A DNA stretch of 64,000 nt, from positions 2,418,001 to 2,482,000 of the forward strand of contig NIVC01000001.1 of the NCBI GenBank assembly GCA_002269645.1, read 5' to 3'. Both the position numbers and the translations under genes were made by a program. Position 1 is the first letter of the stretch. Every line of letters starts with the position of its first letter. This DNA is from Macrostomum lignano. Its lineage: Eukaryota. The notes below the pieces were generated by a model, which saw only the letters and a program-made list of their open reading frames with translations, made no database searches and was not told where the DNA came from. This document shows, piece after piece, positions 50,843 through 62,284 of this stretch.

Positions 50843-51763
50843 CTGTTCGCCCCGCACCAAATCGATGAGATACGGCCGGCCGGCGGCGGTGATGGCCACC
50901 TCGGAATGGCCGCTGCCGCCGGCTCTGTAGGCCAGCTCGATGGCCCGATTAGCGTCTGGCGCGTAAGCCACCCAGGCTCCGCTGTCGTCACGCCACTGCC
51001 ACTGCACAGTCGTGCCTGAAGCTACCGTTGAAGTCGACAGCGACACCGCCGAGGATGAAGAATGAGCAGGCGGCGGCGGCGGCGGCGACTGCGGCGGCTG
51101 CTGCTGCTGCTGCCACCAGAGATCTAGCGGGCAGCTCGGAGCTGGCGGCAGCAGCTCGCAGACTAGGCGAACAACTTCAAGACCGTTGGCAGCGGCAGCG
51201 GCGGCTGCGGCTGAGCCGCCGACACCGCCGGTAGCGAAGCCGACGCTGCTGGCCATGAGGTGGTGCAGGCTCTCCGCCAGGCCGCCGTCTCTCAGCAGTC
51301 TGACGGCCACCTCCGGGCAGCCGGAGCAGGCGGCGCGGAGGGCGCCGGCGGCAGCGACGAAAGCGCCGCTATTTGCGCCGCCGCAGGTGAGCAGAAGCAG
51401 CTGCTGCAGGCTGGCCAGCAGGTCGGAGCGGCAGGCCAGGCGAGCCAGAAGGCGCCGGTCGGACTGGCAGCTGTCTAGGAGGCGGCCAAGACAGGCGGCG
51501 GCCAGCTCGGCGACGCGCTGGTCGGGCACTCGCAGGCGGTCGGTGAGCAGTGGGACGCAGTCGCTGACCAGGTGGTAGTCAGTGGGCCTGGCGTGCTGAA
51601 GGCAGTTGGCCGCCACAGACAGGGCGCGGGCCTGCATGTCGGCGGTGAAGAAGTCAACATGGCGGAGGCAGGCGGACACTCCGCCGGCTAGGAGTACAGC
51701 GCGGCCGTGGCGACGGGACAGCAACTCCACGGCTGACAGGGCCGTCTCGGCCACGTCGATGAC
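50843..51763 (-). CDS. TRIP12: TRIP12 coding exon 4 (ARM repeats, WWE domain)
   Basis: VIDVAETALSAVELLSRRH...CLRHVDFFTADMQARALSVAANC...VQWQWRDDSGAWVAYAPDANRAIELAY...GRPYLIDL; phase-0 GT-AG sites. Confidence 0.95.
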
Positions 51764-51809
51764 CTGCTCAGGTGTGGTGGGGTGAACCTGAGCATCTGGG
51801 AAGGCGACT

Positions 51810-52197
51810 CAGCAACTGAGGATCTGGGAGAGCGGCCAAGATATGGGATCTGGGAGAGCGGTCCAGATATGGGATCTGGGAGAGCGGTCCAGATATGGGA
51901 TCTGGGAGAGTGGTCCAGATATGGGACCTGGGAGAGCGGTCCAGATATGGGATATGGGAGAGAGCGGCCAAGATATGGGATCTGGGAGTGGTCCAGATAT
52001 GGGATCTGGGAGAGCGGCCAAGATATGGGATCTGGGAGAGCGGTCCAGATATGGGATCTGGGAGTGGTCCAGATATGGGATCTGGGAGAGCGGTCCAGAT
52101 ATGGGATCTGGGAGAGAGCGGCCAAGATATGGGATCTGGGAAAGCGGTCCAGATATGGGATCTGGGAGAGAGCGGCCAAGATATGGGATCTGGGAGT
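51810..52197. repeat. Intronic minisatellite, about 26-bp unit GATATGGGATCTGGGAGAGCGGTCCA
   Basis: About 14 copies filling TRIP12 intron 3. Confidence 0.94.
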
Positions 52198-52230
52198 TAC
52201 TGGTCAGCACAATATACGCAATCCCAATAC

Positions 52231-53128
52231 CTCAAGCGGCTGGGCCTTCTCCAGCAGGTCGGGCAGGGCCTCCAGCATGGAGGCGGAGGACCTCGGCAAG
52301 CGGTCCAACAGGCAGTGCAGGCACTGGCAGGCCAGGTAGCTGACCCGCAGAGCCGGGTGCCGCAGCCGCCTGGTGAGCAGCGGCACGGCGGTCTTGACAG
52401 GGAAGCCGGCCAGCGTGTCCTCGTTGCCCATGAGCAGCATCTGGTGCAAGTCCTGCAGGGCCGCCACGTCCCCGGCGCTGTCCGCCCCTCCGCCGCCGTC
52501 GTCGTCCGGGCTGAAGCCGGCGAAGCCGCCGCTGTAGGCAGCGGCGCCGCTGCTGGAACTACTGGCGCCAGCGCCGCGACTGGAGCCGGAGCGCGGGCCG
52601 CCAGAGTCGGACTCCTGCAGCTCTATCAGCAGCTGGTGAGCCCGGTGAGACGAGCCAGACGACAACCGGCTGGCCATGAGCTGGTGCACGTGGGCGCCTA
52701 GAAATGACGCGTTGGCCTCTAACAATTGTTCGAGGCGGTGAAGATCCTCCGGCCCGGTGGCAGCGGCTGCGGCGGCGGCCGCGGCGGCAGCGGCAGCGTC
52801 AGAGAAGCCGCAGCGCTGGAGCAGCAGAGCCGACGCGGAGCTGGCAGCGGCAGCGGCGGCAGCCGCAGACGAAGACGACGATGCGGAAGCCGCCGCCGTT
52901 GCTATAGAAACAGCCGGCTGGGAAGACGTCGCAGCTGATGACTGCTGATGCTGCTGCTGTACAGCTGGCGGCGGCGGCGGCGGCGGCGGAGGCGGCGGCA
53001 GCAGCGGCAAGGGCAGTTGATGCTCGGCGCCAGCTCTGCCTGATTGAGCCGCGGCAGCTGGCGGGTTCGAAGCCGAATTCGAGTCGGACATTGCGGCAGT
53101 GGAGGGTCGGCTGTGCTGCTGCTGTTGC
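52231..53128 (-). CDS. TRIP12: TRIP12 coding exon 3 (start of ARM region)
   Basis: ...RLEQLLEA...HRAHQLLIELQ...ALQDLHQMLLMGNEDTLAGFPVKTAVPLL...LACQCLHCLLDRLPRSS...ALPDLLEKAQPLE; acceptor attgcag|G (phase 2), donor GAG|gtattg. Confidence 0.92.
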
Positions 53129-53359
53129 CTGCAATATTGAATAGATATTGAGTTTACACATAAGGTAAGGAAGGGACCTGCGGACTGCCCATGGAATTCC
53201 TGTGGCACGACCTCCCGGCTGCTTGAATTACTCGTATAGAGAGTGAAAGGCGGTAATTCAGAATTCTTATATCCCAATAATCTCGTGGCAACTGTTGCCT
53301 AATAAAAAAGTTAAATTAGCTTCTTTAACTAATTTCCCTATATGACTACTAAAGTAGAA

Positions 53360-54240
53360 TCTCTCCTCTCCCTGTCTCATATCTTTTTCCCTGTCTCCTC
53401 TCTAATCTCCCTCTATAATCTCCCTGTCTCATCTTTTCTTGCCTGTCTCATCTCATCTCTCCCTGTCTCATCTTTTCTTCCCTGTCTCCTCTCTCCTCTC
53501 CCTGTCTCATCTCTTCTTCCCTGTCTACTCTCTCCTCTCCCTGTCTCATCTCTTCTTCCCTGTCTCCTCTCTCCTCTCCCTGTCTCATCTCTTCTTCCCT
53601 GTCTACTCTCTCCTCTCCCTGTCTCATCTCTTCTTCCCTGTCTCCTCTCTCCTCTCCCTGTCTCATCTCTTCTTCCCTGTCTCCTCCCTCGTCTCCCTGT
53701 CTCATCTCTCCTCTCCCTGTCTCATCTCTTCTTCCCTGTCTCCTCTCTCCTCTCCCTGTCTCATCTCTTCTTCCATGTCTCCTCCCTCCTCTCCCTGTCT
53801 CATCTCTTCTTCCCTGTCTCCTCTCTCCTCTCCCTGTCTCATCTCTCCTCTCCCTGTCTCATCTCTCCTCTCCCTGTCTCCTCTCTCCTCTCCCTGTCTC
53901 ATCTCTTCTTCCCTGTCTCCTCTCTCCTCTCCCTGTCTCATCTCTTCTTCCCTGTCTCCTCTCTCCTCTCCCTGTCTCATCTCTTCTTCCCTGTCTCCTC
54001 TCTCCTCTCCCTGTCTCATCTCTTCTTCCCTGTCTCCTCTCTCCTCTCCCTGTCTCATCTCTTCTTCCCTGTCTCCTCTCTCCTCTCCCTGTCTCATCTC
54101 TTCTTCCCTGTCTCCCTCCTCTCCTTGTCTCATCTCTCCTCTCCCTGTCCAATCTCTCCTCTCCCTCCTTCCTCCCTCCTCTCCCTGTCCAATCTCTCCT
54201 CTCCCACCTTCCTCTCTCCTCACCCTGTCTTCTCTCATCT
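53360..54240. repeat. Intronic polypyrimidine minisatellite, about 19-20-bp units TCCCTGTCTCATCTCTTCT / TCCCTGTCTCCTCTCTCCTC
   Basis: Visible tandem copies in TRIP12 intron 2. Confidence 0.93.
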
Positions 54241-54289
54241 CCTCTACGAGCTATACTCTCCCAATGACCATTCTCTTATAAAACCGCAC

Positions 54290-54511
54290 CTGGTATAACT
54301 GTGCCACGAAGAAGCCCAACCGTGAGCTGGCTGTTGCGGAGACCCGAGACCGAGTGCACTGCTACCGCTGTGACCGCTGAAGCCGGCAGTTGGGGCGGCA
54401 GCGTTGGCTGCACTGACAGCGCCTTGATGATCTTGAGCTGTCTGAGATTGGCCAGATGCTATCGCAGCTTGATCGGTGGTTAGTCTGGCTCGCTTTTTAA
54501 CCGGGACAGAT
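54290..54511 (-). CDS. TRIP12: TRIP12 coding exon 2 (222 nt, symmetric phase 2; basic NLS-like motif)
   Basis: Not in the ORF track. acgcag|A...CCAG|gtgcgg; open frame (R)SVPVKKRARLTTDQAAIASGQ...GWASSWHSYT; phases match exons 1 and 3. Confidence 0.75.
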
Positions 54512-54799
54512 CTGCGTGTGTAGTGGGGATGTTTTCCTCAGTTTTGGCCTTCACAATCGCCACTTTGTGGATTGTGAAACATTTGCAGGAGGGCTGCAGG
54601 CACCCTGGCGCAATGCCTCCGGCGACATCCTCCCGCAACACCAGCGCTGAGGCAATTCTGCCAATTTCACTGAATCCTGAGCACACAATACTGTACGCAG
54701 GCGCGCACTCGTGCACAAGCTCAAGCAGGGTGTACAGCGGCACTGACTCTAATTGCGAGGCAGGTACACTCTGTGACTTGGGGACTGGCCCTCCGGTAC

Positions 54800-55075
54800 A
54801 TCTAGTCAATGTCTTTAGAGATCTAGTCACTGTCCTCAGATCTAGTCACTGTCTTTAGAGATCTAGTCACTGTCTTTAGAGGTCTAGTCACTGTCTTTAG
54901 AGATCTAGTCACTGTCTTTAGAGATCTAGTCACTGTCTTTAGAGGTCTAGTCACTGTCTTTAGAGATCTAGTCACTGTCTTTAGAGATCTAGTCACTGTC
55001 CTCAGATCTAGTCAATGTCTTTAGAGATCTAAGCACTGTCTTTAGAAATCTAGCCACTGTCTTTAGAGATCTATT
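54800..55075. repeat. Intronic minisatellite, 21-bp unit GAGATCTAGTCACTGTCTTTA
   Basis: About 13 copies in TRIP12 coding intron 1. Confidence 0.93.
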
Positions 55076-55139
55076 TAAATCTACAGGCATGTACACTCTG
55101 CCCTGAGCAATGGCTCTCATAACTGTTAATCGTACGACA

Positions 55140-55236
55140 ACCCCCGGCCAATTTTCCTGAACACGAGCCGCGAATGAATTTGGCCGCTCACGGAATCGAA
55201 CCCAGGACGCGTTTACCGCTGAGCTGCCCTGCCTCT
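55140..55236 (-). mobile_element. tRNA-derived SINE head (or tRNA pseudogene fragment)
   Basis: The minus strand reads GGCAGCTCAGCGGTAAA (A-box/D-arm-like) then GGGTTCGATTCC (B-box) only about 10 nt later. The anticodon arm is missing, so this is not a functional tRNA. Confidence 0.55.
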
Positions 55237-55261
55237 CATCCTATAACTCCTCATAACTTAC

Positions 55262-55416
55262 CTAGAGGATTGCGAGTCAGGAAACTGAGAGCCAGACGTG
55301 CTACTACTAGAAGTAGGACCGCTGCGCAGGACTCTCTGGCTTCTGCTACCGCTGCTGCTACTACTGTTAGTAAAGTTTAAAGCGGATTCAGCCGCTGTAG
55401 ACGACCCAGAAGAAGA

Positions 55417-55447
<31 letters not shown>

Positions 55448-55557
55448 TGCGGCTCAGATGAAGAGCCGCTGCTGCCGCCTCCGCCTGCTCTCGAACGCTT
55501 GCGACTCTTGAAATTTTTTAACGATTTACGCGTCAAACGGCTGGAGTTGCTATGCAT
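55262..55557 (-). CDS. TRIP12: TRIP12 coding exon 1 (basic, Ser/Gln-rich disordered N-terminus)
   Basis: MHSNSSRLTRKSLKNFKSRKRSR...QQQ...SQSS; perfect donor AG|gtaagt at 55262/55261 (phase 2). The nine exons sum to 6513 nt = 2171 codons in one frame. Confidence 0.75.
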
Positions 55558-55724
55558 TTAGTTGCTATTGATAATGCCTCGCAATCTTACTAGTTATTCC
55601 ACTTTCTACTATTACTGTTAGCTTAGACAGAGGTTTACTAAAGTAGCTGGTACTCTGGTGCTGGGTTCCATACGTGACACTGACAATATTCGGAACAGAT
55701 GATAGCATAGCACTATAATTGTAA

Positions 55725-56930
55725 TTGGAACAGGTGACAGCACTAATTGGAACAGGTGGGAGCACTAATTGGAACAGGTGAGAGCACTAATTGGAACAGG
55801 TGACAGCACTAATCAGAACAGGTGACAGCACTAATTGGAACAGGTGGCAGCACTAATTGGAACAGGTGGCAGCACTAATTAGAACAGGTGACAGCACTAA
55901 CTAATTGGAACAGGTGAGAGCACTAATTGGAACAGGTGGCAGCACTAATCAGAACAGGTGACAGCACTAACTAATTGGAACAGGTGAGAGCACTAATTGG
56001 AACAGGCGAGAGCACTAATTGGAACAGGCGACAGCACTGACTAATTGGAACAGGTGACAGCACTAATCAGAACAGGTGACAGCACTAATTGGAACAGGTG
56101 GGAGCACTAATTGGAACAGGTGGCAGCACTAATTGGAACAGGTGACAGCACTAATCAGAACAGGTGACAGCACTAATTGGAACAGGTGGCAGCACTAATT
56201 GGAACAGGTGGCAGCACTAATTAGAACAGGTGACAGCACTAACTAATTGGAACAGGTGAGAGCACTAATTGGAACAGGTGGCAGCACTAATCAGAACAGG
56301 TGACAGCACTAACTAATTGGAACAGGTGAGAGCACTAATTGGAACAGGCGAGAGCACTAATTGGAACAGGCGACAGCACTGACTAATTGGAACAGGTGAC
56401 AGCACTAATCAGAACAGGTGACAGCACTAATTGGAACAGGTGGCAGCACTAATTGGAACAGGTGGCAGCACTAATTGGAACAGGTGGCAGCACTAATCAG
56501 AACAGGTGACAGCACTAACTAATTGGAACAGGTGAGAGCACTAATTGGAACAGGCGAGAGCACTAATTGGAACAGGCGACAGCACTGACTAATTGGAACA
56601 GGTGACAGCACTAATCAGAACAGGTGACAGCACTAATTGGAACAGGTGGCAGCACTAATTGGAACAGGTGGCAGCACTAATTGGAACAGGTGGCAGCACT
56701 AATCAGAACAGGTGACAGCACTAACTAATTGGAACAGGTGGCAGCACTAATTGGAACAGGTGGCAGCACTAATTGGAACAGGTGACAGCACTAATTGGAA
56801 CAGGTGACAGCACTAATTGGAACAGGTGACAGCACTAATTGGAACAGGTGGCAGCACTAATTGGAACAGGTGACAGCACTAATTGGAACAGTTGACAGCA
56901 CTAATTGGAACAGGTGGCAGCACTAATCAG
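55725..56930. repeat. Minisatellite, 22-bp unit CACTAATTGGAACAGGTG(A/G)CAG (26-bp variant)
   Basis: About 53 copies; contains an internal multi-unit duplication. Confidence 0.96.
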
Positions 56931-58039
56931 AACGGAACATGTGATAGCACACTTCATAGCACTAGTTAACACTAATTTCCGATATTCAAAAGCTGATGCA
57001 ACTCACATTTGATTGATTGCTGGCAGCACCTGCGGCTGACTTGGATTTCCTGAATGGATCAAAGAAGGACATTATGGCTTTATTTTCTATGTTGGTATAA
57101 AAAACCGATTATTGAATAATACGCCATTTCAAATATGTTTCAGCTCAGATATCATGTTGCTCCTTTAGCTAAGCAGTCGATATAATGAGGATTAGCACTG
57201 TCTATGGCCCAACTCTAAACAAAGTCAGCAATTAATTTTCTAGGAAAACAATGTCGCACAACTTACTTAGAAGTAGTAGAATTAGACTTGCTTGGCTGGT
57301 TTAGGCAAGAAGGCTTTCTGTTTCTCCTTGCCATATGGATAACTCAGGGTGCATAGCAGGACAATATGCTTCAATATCTGGAAAATTATCCAAGTATTTT
57401 CCTGTTAGATGAACTTCATTGACACCTTTCTTATTCTGTAAGATTGATTAAATATTTAAACATAAGTCAAATTTATGAGTAAATTTTGTTAACCTGCATT
57501 CTAGAAAAATCAGTAAGTAATAAATTATTCATTTGTACCAAATGTATGTACCAAAAACTAAATCTGATTGAAGATCTGACCAGTTGTTCTAACACTAAAT
57601 TGGTACATACATTCAGTAAACCTAACAGAATGTACCTATTGCAATAAATTGTATATCCTCAAAAGTTGCAACAAAAATAAGGCTAAACTTTCTAAACTAC
57701 AATAATTGATTGCATCATAATTGCATTGTGCAACTTGTACTATAAACAACTTTTTGTAAATGCTGAATTATAAATGCCACAATTCATGTTATCAAATTGA
57801 TAAGAGCTAGCCTGGATATGAATCAACTAAACTACTAATGCAGCAACCTAGGTTCTAATCTTAGTAGTGTAATAAGTTTTTAATAAGATTAAAAGTTCTT
57901 ATGACATGTTAAACATAAAAGAAGCATAATGTAAAAACATAAAATAAGTCATGTTAAACATAAAATTAGCATTATATAAAGCATAAAAGAAGTGTCATAC
58001 AAATATAAAAGAAACATTACTCAAAATGTTTTGTCCTTA

Positions 58040-58385
58040 AGATATCAAGGCCTACAAGGGAATTGCTAAGATGACATGACTTATAGGAGAATTGCTAAGA
58101 TGTCAATATTTTTTAGGAGATTGAGATCTCAAGGCTTACATGATAAATTGCAGATATCAAGGCTTATAGGGGGGGGGGGAATTACTAATATGTCAAGGCT
58201 TATGGGAGGAATTGCTAAGATGTCAAGGCCTATAGGAAGAATTGCTAAGATATCATGGCTTGTAGAAAGAATTTCTGAGATGTCAAGGCTTGTGGGAAGA
58301 ATTGCTAAGATTTCAAGGATCATGGGATACATTGTATACTATAATGCTAAGATGTCAAGGTTTATAAAATAATTGCTAAGATGTA
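58040..58385. repeat. Degenerate 30-bp minisatellite TGCTAAGATGTCAAGGCTTATGGGAGGAAT
   Basis: About 11 diverged copies. Confidence 0.8.
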
Positions 58386-59268
58386 AAAGTCCAGTTCAGA
58401 AGCTACATATAGACTATTCAAATATTTCTATTCTATTCTTTGTAGCTCCCCAATGTTGTTGTTGTTAAACGGGAGTGGGAAGCTGGGAGCTACCCACAGA
58501 TCAGCCCTGGGAGGGGCTCTGCTGCCGAGGGGCACTACCAGGGGCATATAGCCCAAGATACCCCAAGATTTGACCCTGACGTCTGGGCCAGGGGAATCTG
58601 CTAACCTAAGCCTATGGACTAAGACACCGCCAACCCAAACAGTAGAATCAAGGACAATGCTAAGACCAAGTCTACCTAAGCCACTACCCAGCAGCCAAGT
58701 CCCGGAAGTGCACAAAAAAAGAATTGGAAAAAACTTTGAATACTACTGAAAGTGGTCTGAAAGCGAGGAAACCCTGAAGTCTCGGAAATGGCTTAATTTT
58801 GGAGCAAGTCTGGAAGGCTTGTATCCAAGGGCGAGTCTCCTGTTAGGCAGGAAGACCAGCTACCTACAGGGCTGCAAGCCCAAGGGTATCACCTATCCAG
58901 CTCAATATTGGAGGACAGGCCAATGGGTCGGGAAGGGGCACAAGGAGCAAGAGGACCCGGACTCAGCCAGTATCTCTGATTTGGGACAAACATCCTACCT
59001 AGGACTCCAATCTACTGTAAGGATAAGAGCCAAGACACAAGGGCAGGAAGACAACCAGAGAAGCCAGCAGGTGGACCAAGGAGAGCAAGATGGACTAGGC
59101 AAGGAGGGCAGAGCTCGTAACTCTGAAATTTTGGAGCGGCATTCAAAGGCTTTACATTAATAAAAGCACAAAGATGGGATAAAACACAAAGGGGATAAAA
59201 ACAAAGGGAGGAGCACCTGAACCCTAAACCCAGGACTCAGCCTCAGGGCTGGCACCTGGCATGCTACT

Positions 59269-60054
59269 GGCTCATTCCATATAAGCATGGTCGTAACATG
59301 ACAGGTTATTTTTACTTATAAAATGAAATCTAATAATAGAATATACTAAACCAATATTTTAAATGAAAGATTATTTTGTCTAGAATATATTTATAGAGTT
59401 TCATATAGATATCATCATTAATATAGATGCTATTAAACCTTAAATGACACTTATGGTGGTAACGACAGGATTTTTGACATATAGAAACTAAAAGGTAAAA
59501 GTCTTATAACATTTTTCATTTTTGATATTTTGCAATACATTTTTAAAATTTGACTAAGAACATCTTTAGAAATCATACTCTTTTATTAGAATATATAAAC
59601 TCAAAAGGCAACAAAGATACAAAAGAAAAGGCAGCCTTATGGTCGTAACATTATGGTCGTAACATATTTTTTTCTGTCAATTCAGTAACTTTGAGGTACT
59701 AATACATTAAAAATATAATAGATTATTTGGTCACCAATGCTTTTATCTGATGATGCAAGTACTATACTTTTATCTATAGTTTGTTTCAACCTTCAAAAGC
59801 TTTCTATTTGTTTTTAAAAGGTACAAAATCTTAATGATGTCTTTTGCTTCAAAAAATTTCCAAATTTTTACAAAAATGACTTTTTGCCAATTGATAACAT
59901 ACTAATCCAACATTTTACCATTCCTTTATTCTTAGATTGTATATATTACACAATATAAACATTTGGTAAAAAAATAGGCTAATTAGGCAATGGCAAGCAA
60001 AAATATTGACTTTTTTCTATTTTCCAAATATGTCTATCTTATATGGAATGAGCC
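59269..60054. mobile_element. Non-autonomous DNA transposon (MITE), 786 bp, 17-bp TIR, 4-bp TSD
   Basis: Perfect TIR GGCTCATTCCATATAAG (59269-85) / CTTATATGGAATGAGCC (60038-54), flanked by TACT on both sides; internal ATGGTCGTAACAT repeats. Confidence 0.88.
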
Positions 60055-60728
60055 TACTGGGCTCTACCATACACCTTTGTGAATGGTCATTTTCTTTCCT
60101 ATAGGGTGGGTGCAACTGGGGGACTCAAGTCCCATTCTAGCCACACTTCAGTTTAGAGTACACATTCACTCTAAGTACACCCCCCTAAACCAAGGCCAAG
60201 GGCCAAAAAATTAATTGGAATGCACAAAATAAGAAGTTCTATTTTTAGCTGTGTATATCACCTCTGGTGAGAACACTTTTGAATTGGGCTAGCAAGAGCA
60301 GCCAGGGTAAAAACAATCAGAGACTGTCTTTAGCTTTCTAGTCAGAGCTCTCCAATAAGAAACACTGATTGCTAGCTAATGCTAATTAGCTTATACTTGT
60401 AGCAAAGGCAATGGAAAGAAATTCTTGTTTTATTAAACTTATTTCATTCAAAAGCTAACTCTTTAAGACTTGGTCCATATCCTTCCCTAACCATTACCAA
60501 TAGAAAATTGAAAAGCCTTTTCACATTTAGCTATAGCCTACCACTGCTTGTCCAACTTAGCCTATAACTCTGCCAATGCCTCTGTTTTTCTTGAAATGAG
60601 CTTGAGCTTGAGCTTGAATGAGCATATAACAAGGGTACTTACCATTTTTTAAAACCATAACAAGGGTACTTACCATTTTTTAATATCAGGGTATATCTTG
60701 GCACATATGACATAGCAGAAACATTATA

Positions 60729-62284
60729 CAAAGGCTAAGCAATAAGTTTCTAGATGTGCATATTTGAGAGGCGGCTGACAAAATCTGACACCATAGGTGT
60801 CAAGTACATTACACGTATATAAGTACAATATTTGTAAAGTTTCAGACACATTGGTCATATATAGCCAGTGCAGCACCCAAACTAAAATAGCATATCCACC
60901 CTATCTATCAAATTCACAATGGAGCTCAATAGGAGTCATTTTAGAGCAATGATTTATTATGATTTCAAAAGTAGTTTGCGGCAGCAAGAAAGTATTGAGC
61001 GATTGTAAGGAGCTTTTGGGGATGAAGCACCTTCTAGATCCACTGTTTTTGATTGGTTTGCCAAATTTTGACATGGCAGGCGGAGTCTAGATAATGAGGA
61101 GTGCAACGGCTGGTCTGTCTCCACAACGACTGAGGATAATGTTGCTGCTATCCGGGCCATGGTTGAGGATGATGCCCAAGTGACTGGCCCAGATAGAGGC
61201 AGAGGTGGGCATTTCATCAGGATCCATCAAGACAATCCTACATTCAGCTCAAACTGAGCAAGATTTCTGCACAAGTGGAACTGTAGCCAGATGACCAGTT
61301 TTTGCCATAAAAATGGCCACCATCTGCTTTGCCATGCTGTGCTCTTGCCGAAGCTTGAATAGTGGGATGCCGCCAACTTGAGTCCACTGTGCTAACTGCT
61401 GCTTAGTCTCTAGGTTGAAACTATAGATCCAGGACTCATCACCACTGACAATATCCCAGACCAAGTTTGAGCTGCCTCTGTTAAATCTGTTGAGCATGGT
61501 GTGGCACCAGGTCACCTAAGCCTCCTTTTGCTCCAGAGTCAGCTGATAAGGCACCCAGCATGCAGAAATCTTGCTCAGTTTGAGCTGAATGTAGGATTGT
61601 CTTGATGGATCCTGATGAGATGAGGGTGGATAACCGAGCTCTTGAATGCACTCTCCAGCCAGGAACTCCACTACCTGTCAAGCCTTATGGGCTGAAGCCT
61701 GGGGCATTGTTGTGATGAAGAAGGATGCCCCAAGCTTGAGTCATTAGGCGACGCCTAGAGAGAGTGCCTAGCACTTCTGGCAAGCAAAGATTGGCATACT
61801 AGTCACCAGTGACTGTGTGCTGCTGCACAAGTGGAACTGTAGCCAGATGACCAGTTTTCGCCATAAAAACAGCCACCATCTGCTTTGCCATGCTATGCTC
61901 TTGCCAAAGCTTGGATAGTGGGATGCCACCAACTTGAGTCCACTGTGCTGACTGCTGCTTAGTCTCTAGGTTGAAACTATAGATCCAGGACTTTCTGCTT
62001 TGCCCTATAGTCCCAACCTAGCTCCCTGGGACTTTTTTGTTTTCACAAATCAAGTGCAGGATGTGTAGAATCCACTATGGATCACCAGAAGCTGCAGTGG
62101 AGGCCTTCATCCAGCATATAAAGGAGGTGCCTGCTTCAGCTTAGTCTAGCTGCTTTAGCAAGTGGTTTGAGCACATGAAAATTTGCATCGAATCTGCTGG
62201 AGAGTACTTTGAAAAGATGTAACTGTTTTTTTTCTCTAACTATTTTTGTCTGGGCATATCCAAAAACTTATTGCTTAGTCCTCA
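60729..62284 (+). mobile_element. Dead mariner (Tc1/mariner, DD34D-type) element with internal inversion and duplication
   Basis: TA-flanked TIRs (CAAAGGCTAAGCAATAAGTTTCTAGA vs reverse complement TGAGGACTAAGCAATAAGTTTTTGGA). Transposase pieces: MELNRSHFRAMIYYDF...STVFDWFAKF (from 60919, +); WVPYQLT...IVSGDESW and ILLHHNNAP (minus); PYSPNLAPWDFF...GEYFEKM* (to 62221, +). Multiple stop codons. Confidence 0.93.

Noticed and set aside
48040-53161. Numerous antisense and off-frame ORFs over TRIP12 (e.g. 48125-49264, 51782-52701)
   Set aside because: Shadow ORFs of GC-rich exons or intronic arrays; no independent motifs.
54480-54858. 116-aa (minus) and 111-aa (plus) ORFs in TRIP12 coding intron 1
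   Set aside because: No recognisable domain; they start or end in the 21-bp array and are not needed for the frame-consistent gene model.
55186-55236. Functional tRNA gene
   Set aside because: A- and B-box-like motifs are only about 10 nt apart, with no anticodon arm or acceptor stem; treated as a SINE head.
58428-59260. Possible decayed retroelement 3' end (minus strand, (AAC)n and (AGAAT)n tails) and a 113-aa plus ORF
   Set aside because: No protein motif or pol III box could be identified; it needs a Dfam/Repbase search before any call.
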